A DNA stretch of 64,000 nucleotides, taken from contig CBDASK010000003.1 of the NCBI GenBank assembly GCA_965199495.1, positions 3,200,001 to 3,264,000 on the forward strand. The letters are read 5' to 3'. Positions 40,983-50,670 of this stretch are shown in pieces. Made by a program: the position numbers and the translations under genes. Each line of letters opens with the position of its first letter. Within the stretch, counting starts at the first letter, position 1. This DNA is from Abditibacterium sp. GTDB lineage: Bacteria > Armatimonadota > Abditibacteriia > Abditibacteriales > Abditibacteriaceae. Below the pieces are notes generated by a model. That model saw only the letters and a list, made by a program, of their open reading frames with translations, was not told the origin of the DNA and did not search any database.

Positions 40983-41936
40983 TCAAACTTCGTCCGCCAC
41001 GAAACCCTGCGGCACAACGACACGTAAGGCGCGCGCCCAAACTTCGAGTTCGAGCGGCGTTTTCTGATTCAATTCGCCGTCAATGTTGGCCGTGGCTGGT
41101 CGGCCCAGCGAACGAACCGTCACTTTTTTCGTTTGGAAAAAATGGGTGCCCGGCCCGTTGAAATCGTGTTTGACCGCCCACATAAACGCCGCTCTGGCGA
41201 ACCGGCTGAGGCTGGCGCCGCCCAGCGAAAATACCGTGAGTTCGTCGTTTTGTACCGAGGATTCTTCGCTCGCCTTGACGCCGCCCGCCACGTAACGCCC
41301 GTTGGCGATGAGCAGTTGGTGAGTCAATGCCACGAAATTTTGCTGTTCTGAGGTCACGCGTAATTTCAATGGGCGATGGCGCCACGCCATTTTGAGTCCG
41401 GTCACGGGCCACGCCAATAATCCCAATTTCTTTTTGACTTCGCCCGTCAAAGCGCCCGCCAGCGATGCCGAGAATCCCAGCGAAACCGAATTGAGAAAAA
41501 CTTCGCCGTTGCATTTGCCGACATCAATCGCTTCGATGTGCCCGGCGGCGATGGTTTCGATGGCTTCTTTCAACTCTATCGGCACGCCGATGGAGCGCGC
41601 GAAGGTGTTGCCGGTGCCCAGCGGCAAGGCAGCCATCGCGACCGATGTGCCCGCCAAATAATTGGCGCACAGCGACAAAGTGCCGTCGCCGCCGCCGGTA
41701 ATTACCATTTTGGCGCCCTCGGCGATTTCGCGTTTGAGCAATTTCTCGGTTTCAGCTTTGTCGCTCGCCAAAATCGCCTCTTTGATGGGCAAACCGGCTT
41801 CGCGCAACATTTCTAAAGCCGAATCGAACTGCTCGCGCCCCTGACGCGAATGGCCGTTGACTAAAAATAAAACGGGTTGCGGCAAAGACTCGACGGTGGG
41901 TTCGGTGGGCGGATCAGGATGGACGGAAAGGGACAC
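40983..41936 (-). CDS. Diacylglycerol kinase family lipid kinase (YegS/Rv2252/BmrU)
   Basis: GGGDGT, PLGTGNTFAR, NGRYVAGG, IDGE; GTG start chosen downstream of the repeat. Confidence 0.88.
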   Translation of the reverse strand: MSLSVHPDPPTEPTVESLPQPVLFLVNGHSRQGREQFDSALEMLREAGLPIKEAILASDKAETEKLLKREIAEGAKMVITGGGDGTLSLCANYLAGTSVAMAALPLGTGNTFARSIGVPIELKEAIETIAAGHIEAIDVGKCNGEVFLNSVSLGFSASLAGALTGEVKKKLGLLAWPVTGLKMAWRHRPLKLRVTSEQQNFVALTHQLLIANGRYVAGGVKASEESSVQNDELTVFSLGGASLSRFARAAFMWAVKHDFNGPGTHFFQTKKVTVRSLGRPATANIDGELNQKTPLELEVWARALRVVVPQGFVADEV

Positions 41937-41984
41937 GGGCGGGCTTAATGGCAAATTGATAACCGGAAATTTTTGGATTTCGCT

Positions 41985-42125
41985 CGCATTGTCATTCTGA
42001 GCGCAGTGAGGCACGAACGAAGTCGAAGAATCCACAGGTCGCGCGTTGACTTCGCTTTTGCCTTATCCAAAGTCGTGGATTCTTCGACTTCGTTCGTGCC
42101 TCACTGCGCTCAGAATGACAATGCG
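41985..42125. repeat. REPIN-like element with 51-bp perfect arms (GTCATTCTGAGCG family)
   Basis: Arms 41985-42035 and 42075-42125. Confidence 0.88.
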
Positions 42126-42155
42126 CTTAATTTTTTCACGGTTAATTTTGCTCTT

Positions 42156-44462
42156 TCAAACAAATTTATCCGGCGTCAACGGCAAATCGCGCAACCGTTT
42201 GCCCGTCGCGTTGAAAACCGCGTTGGCGATGGCGGCAGCCACGCCGGTGATGCCGATTTCGCCGATGCCGCGACAACCCAGACTGTTGATATGTGGGTCG
42301 GGCACGTTGATGAACTCGACCTGAATTTCGGGCACATCGGCGTTGACCGCGACGTGATAATCGGCCAGATTGCGAATGATTGGGCGGCCAGTTGGCGGAT
42401 CGTAAAGCGTCTCTTCGCTCAACGCCATGCCGATGCCGAAACCGACGCCGCCCAAAATTTGGCTGCGCGCGGTGCGTGGATTCAAGACGCGCCCGCAATC
42501 AATCACGCTGACCCAATCCATCAGTCGAATCGTACCCAACTCTTCGTCCACGCGCAACTTGCAAAATTGCGCGCCAAACGAATGAAACGAATATTTTTCC
42601 ATGTCCGCGTCGGTTTCGGAATGCGGCGCCAAAATCGCGCACGGCGGCTTCTGCTTTTGCTTCAAACCGGCGCTGGCTTTGGCCGTCGCCATCGTTTCGG
42701 CGCGGCAACAGGCTTCGATATACGGTTTTCTGCTGCGCTTGATAATTTGCGAAAGCGCCTCGCCTTTGCTGCCGTCCGACTTCAAAACCGCCAGCCCGTC
42801 GCGAAAATGAATCTCCTCCAATTTGCGCCCGTGCAATGGCGAACGGCGGTCGGCAATCGCGAGTTTGGCGACTTGCGCCATCGCCATTTCGCACGCTTCA
42901 ACGACGGCGGGCGCCACGCTCGCCGTCAGTTGCGAGCCGCCCGCGACCGGCGCGAACGGCAAATCGGAATCGCCCAGTTCAAAGACGACTTTATAAAGCG
43001 GAAATCCCAGCGTATCGGCGGCGACCTGCCGGAAAACTGTGTAGGCGCCGGTTCCGATGTCGCTGCCCGCGCTGCCAGCCACGGCGCGACCATCGGCATA
43101 AATGCGGCAACGCGCACTCGCCGCCGTGCGATAACCCGGATAAGTCGCCGTCGCCATGCCATAACCGATGAGATAACGGCCTTCGCTCTGTGCCCGTGGC
43201 TCTATTTTGCGCTCGTTCCAGCCGATTAAATCGGCGCCGCGCGCGTAGCATTGTTTGAGTTGTTTGCTCGACCACGGCAAACCGTCTTTCGGGTTTTTGT
43301 CGGCGTAATTTTTCAAGCGAAATTCAATCGGGTCGAGCTTGAGTTCGTGCGCCATTTCGTCCATCGCGCATTCCATCGCGAAAACGCCCGGCGCCTCGCC
43401 CGGCGCGCGCATGAAAATCGGCGGCGCGATATTGTTGCGCGCGGTGACGTTCGCCATCGCGAAGTTGGGCACGTCATAAAGCAAGCGCGAGGCGAACGGG
43501 CTTGGCTCGAAAAACGCCGGTTGATATTCGTGCGTTTGCGTGGTGTTGTGGAACGACATCACCGCCAGATCACCATCGGTGCGCGCGCCCAAATCCAAAT
43601 CCATCGCGCACTCGCCGCGATGGCCGACGCCCGCGAACATTTGCTGGCGCATCAACGCCAATTTTACCGGGCGCCCAATCTGGCGCGCGGCCCAGACGGC
43701 GGCGATGTCGTGCGGCCAACTCGCGGCGCCTTTGCAGCCGAAACCGCCGCCGATGAAATGCGAAATCGCGCGCACGTTTTTGTCGGGCACCTCGAAAACC
43801 TGCGACATCAAAATCTGTGGCCCCTTCACGCCTTGGCTCGACAGATAAATCGTCAAATTGTCACCTTCCCAATCGGCAATAATCGCGTGCGGCTCGATGG
43901 GATTGTGATGTTCGGTGGGCGTGTGATAACTCGCCGAAACTTTAATAGGCGCGTTTGCGCCCGCCAAAACCGGTTCGCCGCGCTGATATTGCGCGTCTTC
44001 CATCCCGAAAAATTTTTCGGGTTTCGTCGTCGCGAGCGCATCCTTCAAACCAACGGCGGGTTTTTCGGTCTCGATTTCGGCAGTCACCAAAGTCGCGGCA
44101 TAACGCGCGCGTTCGTAGGTGTCGGCCACCACAATCGCGATGGCTTGGCCGTTATAGGCGATGTCGGGGCCGGAAAACGGCAGGCGAAACTCGCCGGGAA
44201 TCGTGCCCGCTTTCCCCAGTTCGGCGGGGTTAATCGCGCCGTATTTGGGTTGGTCGAAATGCGAAAACACATCAATCACGCCCGTCGCGGCGCGCGCGGC
44301 ATTCAAATCCAAACTTTTGATCGTGCCGCGCGCGACCGGCGAAGTCACCAAAACGGCGTGCGCCATGTTGGGGAGGGTGAATTCGGCGGAATATTTAGCG
44401 GCGCCGGTCACTTTCAATCGCGCGTCCTGCCGCGTGGCGCTCTGGCCGATGATGGGTTGCAT
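42156..44462 (-). CDS. Xanthine dehydrogenase family molybdopterin-binding subunit (PaoC/YagR-like)
   Basis: KVTGAAKY, HNPIEPH, IGGGFGCKG, MRAPGE, DIGTGAYT, GIGEIGITG. Confidence 0.92.
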   Translation of the reverse strand: MQPIIGQSATRQDARLKVTGAAKYSAEFTLPNMAHAVLVTSPVARGTIKSLDLNAARAATGVIDVFSHFDQPKYGAINPAELGKAGTIPGEFRLPFSGPDIAYNGQAIAIVVADTYERARYAATLVTAEIETEKPAVGLKDALATTKPEKFFGMEDAQYQRGEPVLAGANAPIKVSASYHTPTEHHNPIEPHAIIADWEGDNLTIYLSSQGVKGPQILMSQVFEVPDKNVRAISHFIGGGFGCKGAASWPHDIAAVWAARQIGRPVKLALMRQQMFAGVGHRGECAMDLDLGARTDGDLAVMSFHNTTQTHEYQPAFFEPSPFASRLLYDVPNFAMANVTARNNIAPPIFMRAPGEAPGVFAMECAMDEMAHELKLDPIEFRLKNYADKNPKDGLPWSSKQLKQCYARGADLIGWNERKIEPRAQSEGRYLIGYGMATATYPGYRTAASARCRIYADGRAVAGSAGSDIGTGAYTVFRQVAADTLGFPLYKVVFELGDSDLPFAPVAGGSQLTASVAPAVVEACEMAMAQVAKLAIADRRSPLHGRKLEEIHFRDGLAVLKSDGSKGEALSQIIKRSRKPYIEACCRAETMATAKASAGLKQKQKPPCAILAPHSETDADMEKYSFHSFGAQFCKLRVDEELGTIRLMDWVSVIDCGRVLNPRTARSQILGGVGFGIGMALSEETLYDPPTGRPIIRNLADYHVAVNADVPEIQVEFINVPDPHINSLGCRGIGEIGITGVAAAIANAVFNATGKRLRDLPLTPDKFV

Positions 44463-44775
44463 AATTCGATTTGTCTGCCGAAACATTTGCTCTGGAACGC
44501 GCGCTATGTTGGCTAACGCGGACGGGTTTGTCTCCCTTTATTTTAACGTAAATTTTACTTTTACTCGCGCTCAATGCGGGCACAACAAATTGTCCATCGC
44601 ATCTACCGCGCGCAACCAAACCTGCATTTGCCCGGCGTCGCGGTTGTCTCACGCGTAACAGGGTGCCAGCGTCAATTCCACTTTAAGACAGGGACAATAA
44701 ATTTGCGGCAACGATACGTTTCAACACTGGCGTCGGGAACACCGTGTTCCGAGCCGCGCGTAAACTAATCTTTCG

Positions 44776-45819
44776 ATGTTATCGTCGCTCGCCATTGAAA
44801 ACCCATTGAACGAACAACAGGCCGCCAAACCGCGCGTTTCGGTCGTGGTGCCGGTCTATAACGAAGAAGAAAGTCTCGCTAAATTGCACGCCGATCTGCT
44901 CGCTTCGATGGCGCAACTGGGCCGCACTTACGAAATTATCTACGTGGACGACGGATCGCGCGATGCGTCATTCGAGATTTTGTCGGGCTTTGCCGCCGAT
45001 AATCCCAACGTGAAAGTCGTGCGGTTTCGACGCAACTTCGGCCAGACCGCCGCCATGACGGCGGGCATGGATGCGGCGCGTGGCGAAGTTATCGTGCCGC
45101 TTGATGCCGATGGACAAAACGATCCCCGCGACATCGTGCGCTTGCTGGAAAAAATGGACGAGGGTTATGACGTGGTTTCGGGTTGGCGCAAAAAGCGGCA
45201 AGATCACATCTGGCGCAAAATTCCGTCGCGCGTGGCCAACGGTTTGATTTCGCGCGTGACTGGAGTTTCACTGCACGATTACGGTTGTTCGCTCAAGGCT
45301 TATCGCGCCTCGATTTTGCGCGACGTTGCGCTTTACGGCGAAATGCACCGTTTCATTCCGGCCTATGCGTTTATGGCGGGCGGCAAAGTCACCGAAATCG
45401 TGGTGGATCATCATCCGCGCTTGGCGGGCGAATCGAAATATGGATTTGGCCGCATTCAAAAAGTCGCGCTCGATTTGTTGGTCGCGCGCTTTCTGGGCAA
45501 GTTTGGCCAAAAGCCGATTTACTTTTTCGGCGGCGGCGCGATGCGCGCGTTTGGTCTGGGACTTTTGCTGTGGCTTGTCGCGATTTTGCAGAAAATTTGG
45601 CCCCTTTTTAACGACCTTTTCGGCGGTACTTACGAGTCGCGCCACATCAACAATAACCCGCTGTTTTACATCGGCATTTTGATGATTATGGTCGGCGTCC
45701 AATTGTTGATGATGGGGATTTTAGCCGAAATGAATATGCGCATTTATTATGAAGGCGGCGACAAAGCGACTTATATCGTCGCCGAAACGCGCAACCTCGA
45801 AGGCGGCGTGACTTCTTAG
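44776..45819 (+). CDS. GT2 polyprenol-phosphate glycosyltransferase (ArnC/Dpm1-like)
   Basis: VPVYNEE, DDGSRD, RNFGQTAA, DADGQNDP, HRFIP; two C-terminal TM helices. Confidence 0.9.
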   Translation: MLSSLAIENPLNEQQAAKPRVSVVVPVYNEEESLAKLHADLLASMAQLGRTYEIIYVDDGSRDASFEILSGFAADNPNVKVVRFRRNFGQTAAMTAGMDAARGEVIVPLDADGQNDPRDIVRLLEKMDEGYDVVSGWRKKRQDHIWRKIPSRVANGLISRVTGVSLHDYGCSLKAYRASILRDVALYGEMHRFIPAYAFMAGGKVTEIVVDHHPRLAGESKYGFGRIQKVALDLLVARFLGKFGQKPIYFFGGGAMRAFGLGLLLWLVAILQKIWPLFNDLFGGTYESRHINNNPLFYIGILMIMVGVQLLMMGILAEMNMRIYYEGGDKATYIVAETRNLEGGVTS

Positions 45820-45847
45820 TTTGTAACTGATTTAGACGATACCAACC

Positions 45848-46570
45848 ATGAAACCCACACTTTTGCTTTGCGCTCTGCTCGCCACGCCATTATGCAGCCA
45901 CGCCGCGCCCGCCGACAAAACTATTGCGTCCGCAATCGAACAGCACAACGATGACGAACACGATCACGCGGGTGGCCCGAAAATCAACGAGGGTAGCCTG
46001 ACCGATTATTTATGGCGCCGCTCGGACGCCGCGTTTCATGCGGGCGATTTCGCGCGCGTGGTCGAACTGCATCGCGCCATCGTGGCGGTTGACCCGACCG
46101 ATGTCGAAAGTTACAGCGTGGGCGCGTGGCTGCTGTGGAGCTTGGAGCGAGGCGACGAAGCCACCGCGTTTATCGCGTTGGGTTTGAAGAACAATCCCGA
46201 CGATCCCGATATGTGGGAGGCGGCAGGCGATCAATACGGTTTGCAAAAGCAGTTCGCGCCCGAACGCGATGCTTATGGCAAAGCCGTCGAATTATCAGGG
46301 AAAGATGCCGACCAAATGCTACGCCGCCGCTATGCGCACGCCAGTGAACACGCGGGCGATTTGGCGGGTAGCGCGCAGGTTTGGCGCGGTTTGGTCGCGG
46401 ATTTTTCCAATGAAGCCGTGAATAAAAATAATCTGGCGCGCGTCGAAGAGGAAATGAAAACCAAAGGCGCGCAGACTCCGGCTCAGGCGATGGGTTTCGT
46501 CGGATTGGGCGGGCTGAGTTTGCTGGGGTTTGGTGTGTGGAAAAAGCGGGCGGGCGGGACGTTAAACTAA
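45848..46570 (+). CDS. Secreted TPR-like protein with a C-terminal TM anchor
   Basis: Signal peptide; LWRRSDAAFH..VDPTDVESY..AWLLW; C-terminal TM followed by KKR. Confidence 0.75.
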   Translation: MKPTLLLCALLATPLCSHAAPADKTIASAIEQHNDDEHDHAGGPKINEGSLTDYLWRRSDAAFHAGDFARVVELHRAIVAVDPTDVESYSVGAWLLWSLERGDEATAFIALGLKNNPDDPDMWEAAGDQYGLQKQFAPERDAYGKAVELSGKDADQMLRRRYAHASEHAGDLAGSAQVWRGLVADFSNEAVNKNNLARVEEEMKTKGAQTPAQAMGFVGLGGLSLLGFGVWKKRAGGTLN

Positions 46571-46589
46571 ACGTGGTCAGTCAATTTTT

Positions 46590-47852
46590 ATGAAAATCGC
46601 AATTATTGGGGGCGGCCCCATTGGAATGGAAGCGCTGCTTTATGGCACGCTGGCGGGCGCCGATGTTCAATTGTTCGAGCGCGGGCGCGTCGGCGAGAAC
46701 GTGCGCGCATGGAGCCACGTCGGCTTGTTCACAGAGTGGAAACGCGACCGTTCGCCATTGGGCGAGCGCGTTTTGAGCGAGCGCGGCGATGCTCTGCCCG
46801 ACGGCGAGAGTTCGCCCAATGGCGAGCAACTCGCCAATTATCTGATGCGCCTGGCGGCGTTACCGCAACTGCGCAACCGCGTTTTGGCGCAAACCGAAGT
46901 GCGCTCGATTACGCGCGAAGCGATGCTCAAACACGATTTGTGGGGCGATCCGCGCCGCGCTTTCGCGCCGTTTCGATTGATGACGCATGGCATCGGCGGC
47001 GAAAAAGTGCGCCATTTCGACGCCGTGATTGACGCGACCGGCGTTTATGGCACGCCCAACTGGGTCGGCAACGGCGGCGCGCCCTGTCCGGGCGAGTTGG
47101 GTTTGCAACGCTACATTGACTATCAAATTCCCGACGTGAAAGGCGCCGACGAAAGCCGCTTTGGGAGCAAGCGCACCCTCGTCGTGGGAACGGGCCATTC
47201 GGCGGCGACGACGCTGCTGGCCCTCGCCGATTTGCTCGGCCAACATGCAGCCACGCGCCTGACGTGGGTCGTGCGGCGCGGCGCCGCTAAAGACGGCTCG
47301 CTTTATTACATTGACCCGGCGGATATTTCGAGCGGGCGCCGCCAACTGGGCGAGCGCGCCAACGAACTGGCGCGTAGTGGCAACGTGGATTTACGCTTGA
47401 ATACGGTCGTCGAAGGAATCGAGCGCCGCGCTCACGTTTTTCACGTCAAGCTCTCCGATGGCACGACGGTGGAATGTCATAATTTGGTCGCGGGCGTCGG
47501 TTATCGCCCCGATCCGAAATTGTGGCAGGAATTACAAATTTCGCAGCATCCGGCCAGCGGCGGGCCGGGCCAATTAGCCGAAGCGATTATGACCGCCAAC
47601 AAAGCGGCGGGCGTCGGGCTTTCGACCGGTTACGCCGAAAAATCGGGCGAAGTCTCCAAACCCGAAGCCGGTGACGCGCACGATGCGCTGGAATTATTGC
47701 GGTTGGACGAGCCGAATTTTTATGTTATCGGCATCAAATCGTATGGCCGCGACGCCGGATTCCTCATGCAAAACGGCTTTCGTCAGGTGCGCGATGTCTA
47801 TCGGTTATTATGCGATGACCGCAGGTTGGATTTATACGAAGGCGTTTTGTAA
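46590..47852 (+). CDS. FAD/NAD(P)-dependent oxidoreductase (flavoprotein monooxygenase-like)
   Basis: IIGGGPIG, DATG, VVGTGHSA, GIKSYGR. Confidence 0.85.
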   Translation: MKIAIIGGGPIGMEALLYGTLAGADVQLFERGRVGENVRAWSHVGLFTEWKRDRSPLGERVLSERGDALPDGESSPNGEQLANYLMRLAALPQLRNRVLAQTEVRSITREAMLKHDLWGDPRRAFAPFRLMTHGIGGEKVRHFDAVIDATGVYGTPNWVGNGGAPCPGELGLQRYIDYQIPDVKGADESRFGSKRTLVVGTGHSAATTLLALADLLGQHAATRLTWVVRRGAAKDGSLYYIDPADISSGRRQLGERANELARSGNVDLRLNTVVEGIERRAHVFHVKLSDGTTVECHNLVAGVGYRPDPKLWQELQISQHPASGGPGQLAEAIMTANKAAGVGLSTGYAEKSGEVSKPEAGDAHDALELLRLDEPNFYVIGIKSYGRDAGFLMQNGFRQVRDVYRLLCDDRRLDLYEGVL

Positions 47853-47907
47853 ATTGCGTCAGCCCCGCCGCTTCAAGATTTCGCTTCCGCTCAGGGTTCT
47901 GTTGATT

Positions 47908-48381
47908 TCACGCGGGCAAATCCTCGCCGGTGGCTGTAACTGTCAGGCGACCATGTTTGACGCCTTTGGTCGCGATGAGATTATCGGCGAGCGCGCGCAC
48001 GCGTTTGGCGTCGCCGCGCACGACCAAAACTTCCAGACAATTATCGTGATCGAGATGAACGTGCAGCGTTGAAATAATTAAGTCGGTGTGGTCGTGCTGC
48101 ACATCGGTCAGCAATCGCTGAAGTTGCGGTTTGTGATGATCGAACAAAACCGTGATAGTGCCCGCGACTTGTCCGCCCAGACTTTCGCGGTGTTCGACTA
48201 AATGCGCGCGCACCATGTCGCCAATCGCCAGCGAACGATTGTTATAACCCTTCTGCTCGGTCATGGCGTCCAGTTCGCGCGCCAGTTCGGCGGGCAGGGA
48301 AACGCTGAAACGCACCGCGCCCTCGCTCTTTTCGTTGTCCTCTCTTACTTTTTCGTCGCTTTGAGAATGATGATGCACCAT
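47908..48381 (-). CDS. nikR: Nickel-responsive regulator NikR
   Basis: RHH RFSVSL..NRS; STLHVHLDHDNCLE Ni site; divergent from the ECF operon. Confidence 0.93.
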   Translation of the reverse strand: MVHHHSQSDEKVREDNEKSEGAVRFSVSLPAELARELDAMTEQKGYNNRSLAIGDMVRAHLVEHRESLGGQVAGTITVLFDHHKPQLQRLLTDVQHDHTDLIISTLHVHLDHDNCLEVLVVRGDAKRVRALADNLIATKGVKHGRLTVTATGEDLPA

Positions 48382-48520
48382 AAATCCAAGTATAGGACGC
48401 CGTTGCCCGTTAATCTGGCGAATGCGCGAGCAGGTTTGCGCGCTTCTTTTCATTGTCGCGCGCTTAATGACACCAAAGGCGATTTATCGTCAATTTTCAG
48501 ACGGGTTATGGTATGTTAAT

Positions 48521-48548
48521 AGATTACACTGCTATTCAATCGTAACAT
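48521..48548. promoter_or_regulatory. Candidate NikR operator
   Basis: Imperfect dyad AGATTAC-N14-GTAACAT between nikR and the nikM start. Confidence 0.4.
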
Positions 48549-48584
48549 GAACGAGCGTGTCCGATGGTTTACAGCAGAAATTTT

Positions 48585-49676
48585 ATGCATATTCCCGATG
48601 GCTATCTCAGTCCCTCGACCTGCGTTGTGATGGCGGCGGGCGCGTTGCCGTTCTGGGTTGTCGCGTTGCGGCGCGTAAAGAAACTGTTGCACACGCGTTT
48701 GGTGCCGTTGTTGTCGGTATTCGCAGCGTTTTCGTTCGTGATTATGATGTTCAACCTGCCGCTCCCCGGCGGCACAACCGGCCACGCCGTCGGCATGGGC
48801 GTGGCCACGGTGGTTTTGGGGCCGTGGGCTTCGATTTTAGCGATTTCGGTTGCGTTATTAATTCAGGCGCTGTTTTTCGGCGACGGCGGCATCACGGCGT
48901 ATGGTGCCAACTGTTTCAATATGGCAATCGTCGGCTCACTGGTGGCTTATGGGGTTTATCGCGCGCTGGCCGGGCGCGCCGCGCTCGATTCGCCGCGCCG
49001 TGTGTGGGCGGCGGCATTGGCGGGTTACGTGGCGATTAACGTGGCGGCACTGTGCGCGGCGATTGAATTTGGTCTTCAGCCCGAACTCTTCAAAGACGCG
49101 ACGGGCGCGCCGCTTTACAGTCCGTACCCGCTACATATCGCGATTCCGGCGATGATGATTGGGCATCTCACGATTGCCGGATTTGCCGAAGCGATTGTTT
49201 CGGGCGGCATCGTGGCCTATTTGCAGCGCGCCGATATTTCGCTGTTGAAACTGACCGCGCCGGGCGCGCGCGAAGCCGATGACGCGACGCGAGAAATATC
49301 GGCGCGCGGCGGCTGGAAAACCACAAAACCGTTATGGATTGGTCTGGCGCTGATGATGATCGCGACGCCGCTGGGACTTTTGGCGGCGGGCACCGCGTGG
49401 GGCGAATGGGCGCCGCAGGATTTTAAAAACGCCGCGATGCGTCAGGAAATTCAGACGGCTTCGGGCGCGGCGGCGCCCGCAACGGCGCCGCAGGGCTTAG
49501 AAAAACTTTCATCGGTCTGGACGGCGCCGATGCCCGATTACGCGCCACCTTTTTTAAAGCACGAGCAGTTCGGTTATATTCTGTCGGCGCTGTTTGGCAG
49601 TGGATTGATTTTAGCGGCGTTTTTGCTCATGGGTTGGATTGCGGGCAGAACTTCCAAAGAAACGTTGAGTGAATAA
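48585..49676 (+). CDS. Ni/Co ECF transporter substrate component NikM/CbiM fused to a PDGLE-type (NikN) domain
   Basis: N-terminal MHIPDGYL; GTTGH; FGDGG; AWGEW..APMPDY. Confidence 0.9.
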   Translation: MHIPDGYLSPSTCVVMAAGALPFWVVALRRVKKLLHTRLVPLLSVFAAFSFVIMMFNLPLPGGTTGHAVGMGVATVVLGPWASILAISVALLIQALFFGDGGITAYGANCFNMAIVGSLVAYGVYRALAGRAALDSPRRVWAAALAGYVAINVAALCAAIEFGLQPELFKDATGAPLYSPYPLHIAIPAMMIGHLTIAGFAEAIVSGGIVAYLQRADISLLKLTAPGAREADDATREISARGGWKTTKPLWIGLALMMIATPLGLLAAGTAWGEWAPQDFKNAAMRQEIQTASGAAAPATAPQGLEKLSSVWTAPMPDYAPPFLKHEQFGYILSALFGSGLILAAFLLMGWIAGRTSKETLSE

Positions 49677-50544
49677 ATTCGCCCGCAATTTTCCAAATTC
49701 CATGATTCAACAACCGGCGCGGCGCAAGCGCAAAGATTTCGTCGAAGCCACGCTCGCCGGATTGCTCGAAGCGACCGACCAATCATTGTACGCCGAAGAG
49801 CTATCGGCGCGGCGTGGCTGGTTGCAAGGACTCGATCCGCGCGTCAACATCGTTGGTTTATTTGCGCTGATTATAGCGGCGGCGATGTCGCACAGTCTGG
49901 CCGTTATCGGCGCGATTTTCTCCGTTGCCGTCGCGCTCGCGTTGCTTTCGCGCGTGCCACTGCGCACCTTAGCCACGCGCGAATGGCTGCCGGTTTTCGT
50001 CTTCACCGGCTGCGTCGCCTTGCCCGCGATTTTCCTGACGCCCGGCCCGGCCATCGCACGCGTGCCCTTGCTGAATTGGGAAATCACCGCGACCGGAACG
50101 CTTAGCGCGCTTTATTTAATATCGCGCGTCGAAACGGCGGCGACTTTGGCGCTGTTGATGGTGCTTTGCACGCCGTGGACGCAGGTGCTCAAGGCGCTGC
50201 GCAGTTTGGGCGTGCCGGTCGTTGTCGTGGTGATGTTGGGTATGACTCATCGCTATATTTTTCTGTTGTTGCAAAGCGCGCACGATTTATTTCAGGCGCG
50301 CCGCAGCCGCATCGTGGCGCCGCTCGATGGCGCCGCGCGGCGGCGTTTGGCCACGACGAGCGCCGGAGTTTTGCTGGGCAAAAGTCTACATTTGAGCCAC
50401 GAAGTTTTTCTGGCAATGCAGGCGCGCGGCTTTCGCGGCGAGGTTTATACGCTCGATGAATTCCAGATGCGCCCGCGCGACTGGCTGGCGCTCGCGGCGT
50501 TTTTGCTGTTGGCTGGTTTGGCGCTCTGGTTTGGGCGGCGGTGA
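49669..50544 (+). CDS. Ni/Co ECF transporter T component (NikQ/CbiQ)
   Basis: LDPRV, HRYIFLL, AMQARGF. Confidence 0.9.
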   Translation: MNKFARNFPNSMIQQPARRKRKDFVEATLAGLLEATDQSLYAEELSARRGWLQGLDPRVNIVGLFALIIAAAMSHSLAVIGAIFSVAVALALLSRVPLRTLATREWLPVFVFTGCVALPAIFLTPGPAIARVPLLNWEITATGTLSALYLISRVETAATLALLMVLCTPWTQVLKALRSLGVPVVVVVMLGMTHRYIFLLLQSAHDLFQARRSRIVAPLDGAARRRLATTSAGVLLGKSLHLSHEVFLAMQARGFRGEVYTLDEFQMRPRDWLALAAFLLLAGLALWFGRR

Positions 50545-50550
50545 AATTAA

Positions 50551-50648
50551 CCGTAGGGACACCGCATGCCGTGTCCGCGAACGTTAAAATTACTTTTCAA
50601 TAACGCACTCGCCCACGTTTGCGGACACGGCATGCCGTGTCCCTACGG
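50551..50648. repeat. GTAG-type REP doublet
   Basis: ccGTAGggacaccgcatgccgtgtccgc ... gcggacacggcatgccgtgtccCTACgg. Confidence 0.8.
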
Positions 50649-50670
50649 CGCGCAAATGCAACTGAACTTT

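Noticed and set aside
43251..44516. Long + strand ORFs (also 41973-43229)
   Set aside because: Antisense shadows of the molybdo-subunit gene.
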